From Clostridiales bacterium (GTDB taxonomy: Bacteria; Bacillota; Clostridia; Christensenellales; Borkfalkiaceae), in NCBI GenBank assembly GCA_015071005.1, contig SVIG01000007.1, positions 14,523-78,522 of the forward strand: a stretch of DNA of 64,000 bases, in the 5' to 3' direction. This document shows, piece by piece, positions 44,545 through 55,010 of the stretch. The notes under the pieces are model-generated. The model ran no database searches. It saw nothing but the letters and a program-made list of their open reading frames with translations, and was not told the origin of the DNA. How positions within the stretch are numbered: the first letter of the stretch is position 1; the number at the start of each line of letters is the position of its first letter. Position numbers and translations under genes: made by a program.

Positions 44545-45327
44545 ATGCGACGTAAAATTCTCGTAATATGCTTAACGGTTGTACTGTTTTTATCGGCTGC
44601 GGTATTGGGCGTATCGGCGGTTTTCCGCGTGAAATCGGTTGTGATTGAAAAGAGCACCGTTTCAGAGGCGGCATCCAAGGAAGCGGTTGCGTTCCAAAAA
44701 CGTTTGGAAGACGCGTATTTGAAAGACAGTATGCTTTTCGTGGACTCGTCTGAAGTGGAGGAGATTATCAAAGATTTTCCCTATTTTCGTTTGACGGGAT
44801 TTAGAAAAGAACAACCGAATAAAATTGTGATATCTATCGCGGAAGATGCGGAAGTGTACTCGGTGGCAAAAGCGGACGGAACGGGCTATTATCAGCTTGG
44901 CGCGGACGGTTCGGTGTTGGGAGTGAGTGAAACGCCGAAAAATCGCTTAGACGGAAAGAATAACGTTGTGTTTAGCGGCTTTAACGTGTCGGTAGACGGC
45001 GCACAGCTTATTGGAGATGCGTGCTATTTGCCGATTATGGGATTTTGTCGAGAATTGGACGTTTTATTCGGCGGTATTCGCCGCAACGTGCAATCGGTGA
45101 GCGTCTATAATAGAACGCCGTCGATGGTGTTTGTTTTGGAAATGTTTGAAAGCGTAAAAATGTACGTTGTCGAGCCTTCGACGTTGACGAAGGAAAAAGC
45201 GGAGATGGCGGTGGACAAATACCTGTCCCTATCGGACGAGCAAAAATTGCAGGGTTGCATCGTCGTTTCGGGTTCGGGGAACGAGCCGATTGTGGTCTAT
45301 AATCCCGTAGATGATTTTTCCTCGTAA
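44545..45327 (+). CDS. ftsQ: FtsQ/DivIB-like cell-division protein
   Basis: 260 aa with an N-terminal TM segment followed by a POTRA-like region, positioned before ftsA. Confidence 0.7.
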   Translation: MRRKILVICLTVVLFLSAAVLGVSAVFRVKSVVIEKSTVSEAASKEAVAFQKRLEDAYLKDSMLFVDSSEVEEIIKDFPYFRLTGFRKEQPNKIVISIAEDAEVYSVAKADGTGYYQLGADGSVLGVSETPKNRLDGKNNVVFSGFNVSVDGAQLIGDACYLPIMGFCRELDVLFGGIRRNVQSVSVYNRTPSMVFVLEMFESVKMYVVEPSTLTKEKAEMAVDKYLSLSDEQKLQGCIVVSGSGNEPIVVYNPVDDFSS

Positions 45328-45346
45328 AAACATACGAAAAACATGA

Positions 45347-45376
45347 AAAAAACACGCGTTTTCGCGTGTTTTTTTT
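45347..45376 (+). terminator. intrinsic terminator between ftsQ and ftsA
   Basis: Stem AAAACACGCG/CGCGTGTTTT, loop TTTT, then a long T-run. Confidence 0.75.
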
Positions 45377-45386
45377 GTTACGGTTA

Positions 45387-45415
45387 TTGACATTTCTCTA
45401 TAAATAGTGTATAAT
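45387..45415 (+). promoter_or_regulatory. consensus promoter for ftsA-ftsZ
   Basis: TTGACA (45387-45392), 17-nt spacer, TATAAT (45410-45415), with TG at -15/-14. Confidence 0.65.
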
Positions 45416-45467
45416 AAAAACATAATTTGTCAATTTTACGCATATTCCCACGATTGGAGAAAATTTT

Positions 45468-46646
45468 ATGAAAAACAAAAGCGTCGCAATTTTGGATATT
45501 CGTTCGAAAGAGGTCACCTTTTTGCTTGGGTCAAAAGGGGTGAACGATACTTTTGTTTTTAGCGGTAGCCATACGGAAACGTACGAAGGTTATTCGGTAG
45601 AAGGTTTTATCGATGAGGATTCTTTCCGCCGTGCCGTGCTTGCGGTAATCACGTCCGTGCGTCAAACGTACGAAGGTGTGATCGACGAATTGTACGTAGG
45701 TTTGCCGTCCTGTTTTATATCCGTGCAAACGAAAGGGCATACGATTTCCTTCCCGTCGAAACGGAAGATTTCTTCCCAAGACGTGGACGCTCTTTTTGAA
45801 AGCGGCTTGAACGATCTAATGAAAGCAGGGCATTGTATTCGCAAATCGGGTATGTATTTTACCCTTGGCGATAATCGTAGATATTTCCAAGCCAAGGATT
45901 TATACGGCGTACCGACGACGATGCTAAAAGGCGCGCTGTGCTATTATTTCGTTTCGGAAACGTTCTATGACGGAATGAAAAAGCTCTTTGCGAGCTTTGG
46001 CTTTGAAAACGTGCAATTTATTCCTTCAACGCTTGCACAGGCGACCTATCTCTTGTCGCAAAAGCGGCGCGAGGGGTATGCGTTTTTGTTAGACGTTGGA
46101 TTTTTGACAACTTCTATTTCCGTTATTTACGGCAATGGGATTGTCCACGAGGAATCCTTTAATTGTGGCGTAGGTACGATATTGGTTTCGCTGATGGAAG
46201 AATTTGGGGTGGACTATGCGCAAGCGGAAGAAATTTTAGCCGCGGCGAATATTTCCGGGGGTTCTTTCCCCAAAGATATGCAGTTTGCGTTGGAATCGGG
46301 AGAAAGACAGTTTTCCGTGCAGGAAATCAACGACGTAATCAAAGTAGGATTAGACGTGACGTGCGAACGAGTGGATAACTTCTTCGCTCGCTACTATAAA
46401 GATAAAAAAGCAGCGGGGTTGCTTGTGAATCCCATAAGCGTGACCGGTGAAGGAGTGAACGAAATCAAAGGGCTTGCGGAGCACGTGTCCAAGCGCTTGA
46501 ATCGCTTGACGGAAATCGTTTATCCCGAGCTACCGTTCTACGGTAAACCTTCTTTTTCTTCGAGAATCGGGTTGCTTAACGCGGCTTTGACGAGCAAAGA
46601 AAAAATGGGTTGGTTTTCAAGATTATTCGGAGGAAAAAGAAAATGA
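45468..46646 (+). CDS. ftsA: cell-division protein FtsA-like (actin-fold)
   Basis: 392 aa with a C-terminal amphipathic helix GWFSRLFGGKRK. Its stop overlaps the ftsZ start (ATGA). Confidence 0.8.
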   Translation: MKNKSVAILDIRSKEVTFLLGSKGVNDTFVFSGSHTETYEGYSVEGFIDEDSFRRAVLAVITSVRQTYEGVIDELYVGLPSCFISVQTKGHTISFPSKRKISSQDVDALFESGLNDLMKAGHCIRKSGMYFTLGDNRRYFQAKDLYGVPTTMLKGALCYYFVSETFYDGMKKLFASFGFENVQFIPSTLAQATYLLSQKRREGYAFLLDVGFLTTSISVIYGNGIVHEESFNCGVGTILVSLMEEFGVDYAQAEEILAAANISGGSFPKDMQFALESGERQFSVQEINDVIKVGLDVTCERVDNFFARYYKDKKAAGLLVNPISVTGEGVNEIKGLAEHVSKRLNRLTEIVYPELPFYGKPSFSSRIGLLNAALTSKEKMGWFSRLFGGKRK

Positions 46647-48022
46647 TAGACAATTACGATAACAGCGGCTACGGCTACCTTGGAAATAATAGTGCTTCCA
46701 CGGAAGCAAGTGCAAACAATCTTTCCGGCGTTGCGAAAATTAAAGTCATTGGCGTTGGCGGCGCAGGGAATAATGCAGTCGATAGATTGATTGAATCGGG
46801 CTTAAAGAGTGCGGAGTATATCGTTGTAAATACGGATAATCAAGCGCTTGCAAGATCAAAGGCAAGCAAACGCATTCAAATCGGCGTGCAGCTTACCAAG
46901 GGGCTTGGCGCAGGCGCAGATCCTTCGGTTGGTCGCGCTGCAGCGGAAGAAAATAAAGAACAAATCCAAGACGTTCTTCGGGATACCGACTTATTGTTCA
47001 TCACCGCTGGTATGGGCGGTGGTACGGGTACGGGAGCGGCACCTGTCATTGCAAAGATTGCGAAAGAAATGAAGATTTTGACGGTCGCAGTCGTCACGTT
47101 GCCGTTCACCTTTGAGGCAAAGCGTAGAATGGATAACGCCATTGCTGGTATTGAAGAATTGAGAAAATCCGTCGATTCGATTATCACGATCCCCAACGAT
47201 AAGATTCGCCAAGTGGTGAAGAAAAACACTTCTTTCCCCGAAGCGCTTAAAGTTGCGGACGAGGTTCTTCGTCAAGGTATTCGCGGTATCGCGGAATTGA
47301 TCGTCAAGCCGTCTTTGATTAACTTGGACTTTGCGGACGTAAAAACGACCTTAAAAGGCCGTGGACTCGCGCACATGGGTATCGGTGTAGCGAAGGGCGA
47401 AAAACGTATTTTCGACGCGGTACGCTGCGCGGTGGGCAGTCCGTTGCTGAATACGACGATCGAGGGTGCAAGCTCGGTAATTTTGAACGTAATCGGCGGC
47501 ACGGATCTTTCCTTGGACGAAGTTGTCACGGCGGCTGATTTGGTGAAAGGGGTTATCGATTATTCCGCAAACGTAATCTTCGGCGCGTGTATCGATGAAA
47601 ATATGTCCGATGAAGTAGAAGTCGTTATTATCGCGACGGGCTTTACGAATAATCAAAACGGTTTCGGGTTCGATACGAATAACGCGGCGTTTAGACAAGC
47701 TAACGAGCTTTCGGAGAGAATCAACAACGTTTATGATAATCAAGCGGCGATGGGGAATTCTTATGGTTATCCCGCGCAACAGCCGACGTATGGGCAAGGG
47801 CTTCCTACGTTTGGTCAACAGCCGCCTGCGCCGACTTATGCGCAGCCTATAGAAACTGTTCCTCCCGTACAGCCTTTGACGCCGACAGAATCGTTTGAAC
47901 CGGACGATTTGATTCCAAATACGGAATCGCCGACGGACGAAAAAGAGAAAAAACGCCGTCCTAGATTTGTGGATTTCTTCATGAGAAGGAATAAAGACAA
48001 GGACGAAACCGAAGAAAAATAA
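46643..48022 (+). CDS. ftsZ: cell-division GTPase FtsZ
   Basis: Contains GVGGAGNNAV and the tubulin signature GGGTGTG. SD GGAGG precedes the ATG at 46643. A long Q/P-rich linker ends in the basic tail RPRFVDFF. Confidence 0.95.
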   Translation: MIDNYDNSGYGYLGNNSASTEASANNLSGVAKIKVIGVGGAGNNAVDRLIESGLKSAEYIVVNTDNQALARSKASKRIQIGVQLTKGLGAGADPSVGRAAAEENKEQIQDVLRDTDLLFITAGMGGGTGTGAAPVIAKIAKEMKILTVAVVTLPFTFEAKRRMDNAIAGIEELRKSVDSIITIPNDKIRQVVKKNTSFPEALKVADEVLRQGIRGIAELIVKPSLINLDFADVKTTLKGRGLAHMGIGVAKGEKRIFDAVRCAVGSPLLNTTIEGASSVILNVIGGTDLSLDEVVTAADLVKGVIDYSANVIFGACIDENMSDEVEVVIIATGFTNNQNGFGFDTNNAAFRQANELSERINNVYDNQAAMGNSYGYPAQQPTYGQGLPTFGQQPPAPTYAQPIETVPPVQPLTPTESFEPDDLIPNTESPTDEKEKKRRPRFVDFFMRRNKDKDETEEK

Positions 48023-48028
48023 TGATAG

Positions 48029-48065
48029 AATCGCCACCGCAAAATATTCGGTGGCGATTTTTTAT
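48029..48065 (+). terminator. intrinsic terminator after ftsZ
   Basis: Stem AATCGCCACCG/CGGTGGCGATT followed by a T-run. Confidence 0.85.
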
Positions 48066-48318
48066 AATCTTTTCTAAAAGTTGAAAGAGCACCCGTTTTA
48101 CGGATGCTCTTTCGAGGAAGAATAAATCAGATATGAGGATAAGCTAAAAATTGCAATCAAAAAAATAAATTAAAACAGTTGTCTTAATCAATATTTTTAA
48201 TTATTATAACACGGTTTATTCTATAAATCAAGTAAAATCAATTAAAAAAACAAGGTGTAGCTATAAAAAATACTTATATTAAACATAATTCTTTTTTTAT
48301 GAAGCATAGATATATTCT

Positions 48319-49668
48319 ATGCGTTTGAAAGAGTTAGATAAAAATACGAAGATATATTTTATTGGGATTGGCGGGATCAGTATGAGCGCCTTGGCAAAAT
48401 ATCTTTTTCATAAAGGATATGACGTTAGTGGAAGTGACTTTAATAGAAGTTCGCAAACGGAAAATTTATTGCAAATGGGCGTTAGAGTTTTTATTGGAGA
48501 AGACGGGGAAAGGGAATCGCTTTTTGAAGCGGATTTGATCGTCTATACCGACGCGATTCCAAAGGAAAATCGAGAATTGGCGCGCGCTTATGCTTTGAAA
48601 AAGCGGGTTTGCTCGCGTGCGGAATTATTGGAAATGATTTGCAAGGAATTTCCAAAGGTAATTTCCGTTGCAGGTAGTCACGGAAAAACCACTTGCACGT
48701 CGATGTGCGCCCACGTGTTTCATTCCGTAAACGCGCCTTTTACGGCGCATATCGGAGGTGAGGATCGCGCCTTTGGAAATTACTTTTCTAGCGGAGAAGA
48801 GTATTTCTTGACGGAGGCGTGTGAATATAAGAAAAATTTATTAAAAGTCCCCTCAGACGTCGCAATTTTATTAAATATCGACAAGGATCATATGGAATGC
48901 TATAAAAACGAGCAGGATTTGGTTGATTCTTTTCGTGCTTATTGCGAAAAAGCGAAGGCTGCATTTGTATGTGCGGACGATGAAAAATGCCTTTCGCTTG
49001 GCGATTTTTCCACTTTTGGAATAAAAAATCCGTTGTCGGATTATCGCGCGGTACAATTGCGCGCAAATGGGGAAAGATATTCCTTTATCATTGAGGAATA
49101 TGGAAAGCAGCTTTGCCAAGTGCGCTTAAATGCGATTGGGCGTTGCAACGTATATAACGCCTTGGCGGCGTTCGCGGCAATGCGCTCGCTTGGGTTTGAT
49201 GAAAAAGAGATTGTTAAGGGCTTGGAAGATTTTCAGTCCGTTCGCCGTAGATTTGAGCGAATCGGCGGATATAAAGGGTCGAGCTTTATTTGCGATTACG
49301 CTCATCATCCGAGAGAGATTCTGTCTACTGTAAAAACGGCAAAAGGGGTTTGTCGGGGGAAACTATACGTGGTTTTTCAACCGCATACTTATTCAAGAAC
49401 AAAATTTTTGATGAAAGAGTTTGTAAACGTCTTGCGTGGAATTGAAAACTTGGTGGTTTACAAGACCTTCCCGGCCCGCGAAAAATTCGATGCCGAAGGG
49501 AGCGCAAAACGCTTATCGCAAAACGTGGGTACGTGCTTATATGCCGAGAACGTGTACGTATTAAAAACGTGGTTGAAAGCCACGATTCGGGAAAAGGATA
49601 TCGTGCTTTTTCTTGGCGCTGGGGATATTTATTTTGCCGCACAATATTTGTTAAACGAATTAAAATAG
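48319..49668 (+). CDS. murC: UDP-N-acetylmuramate--L-alanine ligase
   Basis: 449 aa with GIGGISMSALA and GSHGKTT. Confidence 0.9.
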   Translation: MRLKELDKNTKIYFIGIGGISMSALAKYLFHKGYDVSGSDFNRSSQTENLLQMGVRVFIGEDGERESLFEADLIVYTDAIPKENRELARAYALKKRVCSRAELLEMICKEFPKVISVAGSHGKTTCTSMCAHVFHSVNAPFTAHIGGEDRAFGNYFSSGEEYFLTEACEYKKNLLKVPSDVAILLNIDKDHMECYKNEQDLVDSFRAYCEKAKAAFVCADDEKCLSLGDFSTFGIKNPLSDYRAVQLRANGERYSFIIEEYGKQLCQVRLNAIGRCNVYNALAAFAAMRSLGFDEKEIVKGLEDFQSVRRRFERIGGYKGSSFICDYAHHPREILSTVKTAKGVCRGKLYVVFQPHTYSRTKFLMKEFVNVLRGIENLVVYKTFPAREKFDAEGSAKRLSQNVGTCLYAENVYVLKTWLKATIREKDIVLFLGAGDIYFAAQYLLNELK

Positions 49669-49740
49669 CATAAAAAAGGTCAAGAACGGATAAAAGACGA
49701 AAAAACTATGTTTTTTATTCGTTTTTTTCTTGTCAAACTA

Positions 49741-49769
49741 TTGATAATTCTGAAAAAAAATGTTATAAT
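49741..49769 (+). promoter_or_regulatory. sigma-70 promoter of ftsK
   Basis: TTGATA, 17-nt spacer, TATAAT, with an upstream TG. Confidence 0.55.
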
Positions 49770-49801
49770 AAATAGGAATTGATGTGAGGAGGTGATTCCT
49801 T

Positions 49802-52800
49802 TTGAAAAAGCACGATGAGGGAAAAAAAGAGTTGGAGAATAAAAAGGAATCTGGGATTGTAACGAAAGAAAGTTTTTGCGCGTCGGGCGCGTTATTTTCT
49901 ATTCTTGCCCTTTTGATTTTATGTACGAGAGATAAGATGTTTGGTGCGTTAGGTCTTGCAGTACATAATTTTTTGATGGGATTTTTCGGCTATTTCGCAT
50001 ACCCGATTATTCTTATTTTTGCATATTTGTCGATCATGGGGTTGTTTGGCAAACGCTTAGTACGCAATCGTAAGCTTGGATTATTCGTAACGCTTACGAT
50101 TTTTGCAATCGGCTTTATCGCGCATACTGCGCATACGTATAAATGGGACGCAAGCGGCTATGTAAAAGTTTGCTTTAAGGCAGGCGAAGCATTCCCCAAA
50201 GCAACGATTATGGGCGTATGCGGTGGAATTATCGTTTTCGCCATCACTCGTTTAATGACGAATATCGGCGCGCTCGTTCTTTTCAGCGTGCTTACGGTAC
50301 TCTTTATTTATCTTGCCGTTATCGCGGCAAAGAAGGGGGAAAAGGTCGCAAAGAAGGAAAAAACGCCGGAACAATCCGTAACGCAGTCGGAGGCGGTAAA
50401 TATTCCCGTTTCCGTGACCTCTACGCCGATTGCGCAAACCAAGCCGATGGAAGAAACGCAAAACGTTTACGTAGGACAAGCTCCCACACAAGAGCCTGCG
50501 CAGCAATTTGGCTATGCGCAACCGACCGTGACGCAACGCCCTGGCGTAAGCCTTTCCGAAGAAGGGAAAGAAGGGCAGGCATTTTCGCCGTTTGGCGCGC
50601 AAAATACCGACGGTCAAGGGGTGGATTTGCGAAATGCGTATGAATTCCAAAATAGTCGCGAATTCCTTTTCGGCGGTACGCCTGCTGAAAATTATAGTAG
50701 AAACTTGTTGTTCGATCCTACGGCAAAAGTCAATCAAAGACCGCCCGTAGACCCTACGCAACCCGTATCGTCTGGGTATGAATCCTATTCGAATGCGTAT
50801 GAAAATTCCGTAAACAATGCGGAAAATATCGCACCGGCGAGAGTATTCAAGGACGAAACGCAAAATTATCAAAACTACGGTTCGAATACTGCGTATCAGT
50901 CCGAACCGCCAGCACAACCCATTGAACCTATGCAAACGTGGCAAGAGCCTACGCCTCAGCCGCAAGAACCTGTTTCCTATCCGATTTTTGACGAACCCAA
51001 GCGCGAAGAAAGAGCGAGTGTTGAGTCGTTAGACGATTCGCGTAGAGAAGTGGTTGAGGACTTGGAAGAAGACGCGCAAGAATCGACGCGTGGTGGCGAG
51101 TATAAACGCCATGAATATATGGAATTGTTCTCTACCGAGAACCCGAGAGTTTTTGGGGACACGGAAGAACCCGATCTTTTATCGAGAAGATTGGGCGAAA
51201 CGCGTGAAGAAAGCGTAGACGTGAGCCGTCCGTATACGGAATCTTACGAAAACGAAGATTCGCGTGGGACGGAGCGAGGGGATAGAGACGGCTTGAATTT
51301 GCTTGACGACGATCCTTATGAATTGTCTTCCGATTTTGCAGAACGCGGTAGCGATCGTGGCATGGCAGAAACTCGTGATAATTCTGAAAATTTGAGTGGC
51401 ACGCGTATGAGTTTTGGCCGTGAAATTCCTGTGGAAGAAACGCGTGAAGCACCAGTTGTGCCGACGGCACCGCCAGTTGCACCGAAAGCGGAAAAAACGC
51501 CGGATATTCCTAAATCCGAGCCGAAGAAACCGCGGGTTATCCGTCCTTACGTTCGCGTAAGGCTTGACGATTTAGATTGCCGTGATGTTGAGCCGATGGC
51601 AAACCAAGAAGAAGTGGAAGAAACGAAAGCGACGATTATCGCTACGTTGGAAGATTTCAAGGTAACGGGAGCGTCGATTGGTTCGGTAACGTTCGGGCCT
51701 ACGGTCACGCGCTATAATCTTGTCATTCCCCGTAATATTTCTCCCAAAAAAGTTGTTGCATTGGATCAATCGATTGCCATCGGATTGCATTCGAGCGGTG
51801 TAAACGTATATCCAAACTACGATGAGGGGGTTGTCAGCATTGAAGTACCGAATAAAGAAAGACAGTTCGTTCAGCTTGGTTCTATGTTGGCAGGGGATAC
51901 CTTTGTCAATGCAAAGCCGTCGTCCTTGATGTTTGCGATGGGTAAAGACGTTGCAAACCGCAAGATTTACGGCGATATTTCCAAAATGATTCATATGCTC
52001 GTTGCCGGTGCGTCCGGCTCTGGTAAGAGTGTGTTCTTGGGTGCGTTGATTATCAGCTTGATTTACAAGTATTCGCCCGAAGAATTGCGTTTGATTTTAA
52101 TCGACCCGAAAAAGACGGAATTCGTGCTTTATAACGATTTGCCGCACTTGATGATCAATGAAATTATTACGGACGTACACAAGACGGTGCAAAGTTTGAA
52201 TTGGGCGATTGGTGAAATGAACCGCCGCTACGAGCTTTTTGAAAAAATGAGCCGTTCGGGTAAGTACGTGGTCAATCTTGATCAGTATAACGAGCAGCTT
52301 GATAAGAACGAGCGTTTGCCGAAGATTGTTATCATCATCGACGAGCTTGCCGACTTGATGCTCGCGGCAAAGAAAGAAATTGAAGATAGAATCCAAAACC
52401 TTACGCAAAAAGCGCGTGCCGCAGGCATTCACTTGATCGTTGCTACGCAAAGACCGTCTACGGACGTTATTACGGGCGTTATCAAGAGTAACTTGCCTAC
52501 GCGTATCGCATTCGGCGTTGCAACCGACGTAGACTCACGTGTTATTCTCGATCAATCGGGCGCACAAAAGCTTTTGGGGAAAGGTGACTTCTTGTATACG
52601 GCGCAAGGGATCAATACTCCCGTCCGCGTGCAAAGCGCATTTATTTCTCCCGAAGAATCGCAACGCGTCGTAAACTTCATCAAGCAAAATAACGAAGCGT
52701 ACTATGACGAAGAAGCTACGAATTATATCAATAATTCGCGTAGCGGTGGCGGTGATGACGGCGTGGGCGGTGGCTCGGATAAGACGATGGTTGATCCGAT

Positions 52801-53011
52801 GGCAATCGAGGCGTTGAAGCACGTAATTATTAGCGGTAGCGCGTCCATTTCCATGATTCAACGTAAATGTGCGACGGGCTATAATCGCGCAGGGAAAATT
52901 ATCGAATGGATGGAAGAAATGGGTTATATTTCCGCATTCGACGGCGCGAAGGCTAGAAAGGTGCTTATCACCAAAGACGAATACGAGAGTATTTACGGAC
53001 CGATACAATAA
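49802..53011 (+). CDS. ftsK: DNA translocase FtsK/SpoIIIE
   Basis: 1069 aa with a TTG start after AGGAGG. N-terminal TM segments are followed by a low-complexity linker of about 400 aa. The motor domain carries Walker A GASGSGKS, and a gamma-like winged helix lies at the C-terminus. Confidence 0.9.
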   Translation: MKKHDEGKKELENKKESGIVTKESFCASGALFSILALLILCTRDKMFGALGLAVHNFLMGFFGYFAYPIILIFAYLSIMGLFGKRLVRNRKLGLFVTLTIFAIGFIAHTAHTYKWDASGYVKVCFKAGEAFPKATIMGVCGGIIVFAITRLMTNIGALVLFSVLTVLFIYLAVIAAKKGEKVAKKEKTPEQSVTQSEAVNIPVSVTSTPIAQTKPMEETQNVYVGQAPTQEPAQQFGYAQPTVTQRPGVSLSEEGKEGQAFSPFGAQNTDGQGVDLRNAYEFQNSREFLFGGTPAENYSRNLLFDPTAKVNQRPPVDPTQPVSSGYESYSNAYENSVNNAENIAPARVFKDETQNYQNYGSNTAYQSEPPAQPIEPMQTWQEPTPQPQEPVSYPIFDEPKREERASVESLDDSRREVVEDLEEDAQESTRGGEYKRHEYMELFSTENPRVFGDTEEPDLLSRRLGETREESVDVSRPYTESYENEDSRGTERGDRDGLNLLDDDPYELSSDFAERGSDRGMAETRDNSENLSGTRMSFGREIPVEETREAPVVPTAPPVAPKAEKTPDIPKSEPKKPRVIRPYVRVRLDDLDCRDVEPMANQEEVEETKATIIATLEDFKVTGASIGSVTFGPTVTRYNLVIPRNISPKKVVALDQSIAIGLHSSGVNVYPNYDEGVVSIEVPNKERQFVQLGSMLAGDTFVNAKPSSLMFAMGKDVANRKIYGDISKMIHMLVAGASGSGKSVFLGALIISLIYKYSPEELRLILIDPKKTEFVLYNDLPHLMINEIITDVHKTVQSLNWAIGEMNRRYELFEKMSRSGKYVVNLDQYNEQLDKNERLPKIVIIIDELADLMLAAKKEIEDRIQNLTQKARAAGIHLIVATQRPSTDVITGVIKSNLPTRIAFGVATDVDSRVILDQSGAQKLLGKGDFLYTAQGINTPVRVQSAFISPEESQRVVNFIKQNNEAYYDEEATNYINNSRSGGGDDGVGGGSDKTMVDPMAIEALKHVIISGSASISMIQRKCATGYNRAGKIIEWMEEMGYISAFDGAKARKVLITKDEYESIYGPIQ

Positions 53012-53066
53012 CAAAACTACACAAAAGGCGCGTTCAGTTTTTTGTTCGCGCCTAAAAGGCTGATTT

Positions 53067-54398
53067 ATGCTAACGAATAAACTTTTTGGAGTGATCTCAC
53101 TCGGTTGCGATAAAAACCGCGTGGATACGGAAAAACTGTTAGGGCTATTAAAAAGCAAGGATTGTCGCACGACGGACGAACTTTCTAAGGCGCAAATCGT
53201 GATTATCAATACCTGTGCGTTTTTGCAATCGGCAAGGGAAGAAGCGATTGAGACGATTCTCGAATGCGCCGATTATAAAAGCGGTTGCTTGGAAAAAATT
53301 GTTGTGACGGGTTGTTTACCGCAAAAATTCATTGATGAATTGTACGGTGCTTTATCCGAAGCGGACGTTTTCTTGGGAATTTTGGATTACGAGAAGATTT
53401 TCGAGGCTTTGGAAAAATCGTATGCTGAAGATTCCCGCCAAAACTACGTAAAAAAAGGAAACGATGGGTATTTGTCCGAGCGTGTTTTGACTACGGACGA
53501 GCATTATGCGTATTTGAAAATTGCGGACGGATGTTATAACCATTGTACCTATTGTTTAATCCCGAAAATTCGCGGTAAATACCGTTCCTATCCTATGGAA
53601 AAGCTGGTTGCCGAAGCCAAAGATTTAGGGGATACGGCGGAGCTTATTCTTGTCGCGCAGGATAGCACGAGATACGGCGAAGACTTGTACGGCGAAAATA
53701 AATTTGTCAAGCTTTTGCAGGAACTTTCCAAGCTCGATAATATTCAAAGAATCCGTTTGTTATATTGCTATCCCGACGTGATCACCGACGAGTTGATTGA
53801 CGAAATTGCGGCAAACGATAAGATCTTGAAATATATGGATATTCCTTTGCAGCATTCGGAAAATCGTGTATTGAAATTGATGAATCGCAAGGGGGCTCGA
53901 GAAGGCTATCTTGCTTTGTTTGAAAAGCTGCGCGCAAAAATTCCGAATATCGCGATTCGTTCCACCTTTATTTCCGGTTTTCCTACGGAAACGGAATTGG
54001 AATTTGAAGGAATGCAGGACTTTATTCGTCAGGCAAGACTGATAAATTGCGGTTTCTTTGCCTACTCGCGCGAGCCCGATACGGGGGCGTATCGCTTAAA
54101 GCCGCAAATCCATCACGCAACGAAGAAACGCCGTGTACGTGCGCTGTATGAGTTGCAAGCGGAGATTTCCGCAGATATTTTGAACGATTTTGTCGGCAAA
54201 AAGGTGGAAGTGCTTTGCGACGGAATTGATTATGAAAGAAATTGTTTTGTGGGACGCGCGTATTTTAGCGCTCCCGATATAGATGGCAAGGTGTATTTTA
54301 ACGCCGCCGAAGCAATGCAGGGGGAACGTTACGAAATTATCGTCGACTCTGCCGATTCTTACGATTTATATGGTCATACGGAGGACTATGAAATATGA
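53067..54398 (+). CDS. rimO: ribosomal protein S12 methylthiotransferase
   Basis: N-terminal SLGCDKNRVDTE, a radical-SAM CYNHCTYC motif, and a TRAM-like C-terminus. Confidence 0.85.
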   Translation: MLTNKLFGVISLGCDKNRVDTEKLLGLLKSKDCRTTDELSKAQIVIINTCAFLQSAREEAIETILECADYKSGCLEKIVVTGCLPQKFIDELYGALSEADVFLGILDYEKIFEALEKSYAEDSRQNYVKKGNDGYLSERVLTTDEHYAYLKIADGCYNHCTYCLIPKIRGKYRSYPMEKLVAEAKDLGDTAELILVAQDSTRYGEDLYGENKFVKLLQELSKLDNIQRIRLLYCYPDVITDELIDEIAANDKILKYMDIPLQHSENRVLKLMNRKGAREGYLALFEKLRAKIPNIAIRSTFISGFPTETELEFEGMQDFIRQARLINCGFFAYSREPDTGAYRLKPQIHHATKKRRVRALYELQAEISADILNDFVGKKVEVLCDGIDYERNCFVGRAYFSAPDIDGKVYFNAAEAMQGERYEIIVDSADSYDLYGHTEDYEI

Positions 54399-54988
54399 AC
54401 TTACCCAATAAAATTACCTTAACGAGAATTTTTATGATTCCTGTGTTCGTGGCAATCTTCTTTTTAGACGGCATTTTGCCTTATAATTATGCGATTGCAG
54501 CGGTTGTGTTCGCGCTTGCTGCGTTTACCGACTTTATCGACGGTTATATCGCACGTAAGCATAAACTTGTCACGAATCTTGGGAAATTCCTTGATCCGAT
54601 TGCGGACAAAGTGCTTGTTTCTACGGCAATGATGTTGCTTTTGACGATGCCTTGGATGTTTTGGCATAAAAATATGAACGATGCGCTTTATATTACGTAT
54701 GCGGTATGCGTTTGTGTGATTATGGCAAGAGAACTTATCATCAGCGCGTTTAGACAAATTGCCGCAACGAACGGACTCGTTCTCGCAGCCGAAAAACTCG
54801 GTAAGTATAAGACGGCTTGCCAAGACGTTAGTATCGTTGTTTTTTTAGTCGCGGCTGATTTGACTGGTACGGCGTTCAACGTTATTTTCGGTGTGGCTTG
54901 CGTATTATTCGCGCTTGCGACCATTCTCACCGTTTGGTCGGGGATTTCTTACGTTGTAAAGAATAAGCAGGTATTGAAGGACGCATAA
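54395..54988 (+). CDS. pgsA: CDP-diacylglycerol--glycerol-3-phosphate 3-phosphatidyltransferase
   Basis: CDP-alcohol phosphatidyltransferase motif DFIDGYIARK...GKFLDPIADK. Confidence 0.9.
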   Translation: MNLPNKITLTRIFMIPVFVAIFFLDGILPYNYAIAAVVFALAAFTDFIDGYIARKHKLVTNLGKFLDPIADKVLVSTAMMLLLTMPWMFWHKNMNDALYITYAVCVCVIMARELIISAFRQIAATNGLVLAAEKLGKYKTACQDVSIVVFLVAADLTGTAFNVIFGVACVLFALATILTVWSGISYVVKNKQVLKDA

Positions 54989-55010
54989 TTTTAGTAGCGT
55001 AATTGGAGCA

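Noticed and set aside
48066-48318. AT-rich 250-nt gap before murC as a possible ncRNA or insertion scar
   Set aside because: I found no recognisable repeats, ORFs or conserved riboswitch signatures. It contains one extra hairpin (about 48084-48112) and is probably just a promoter/UTR region.
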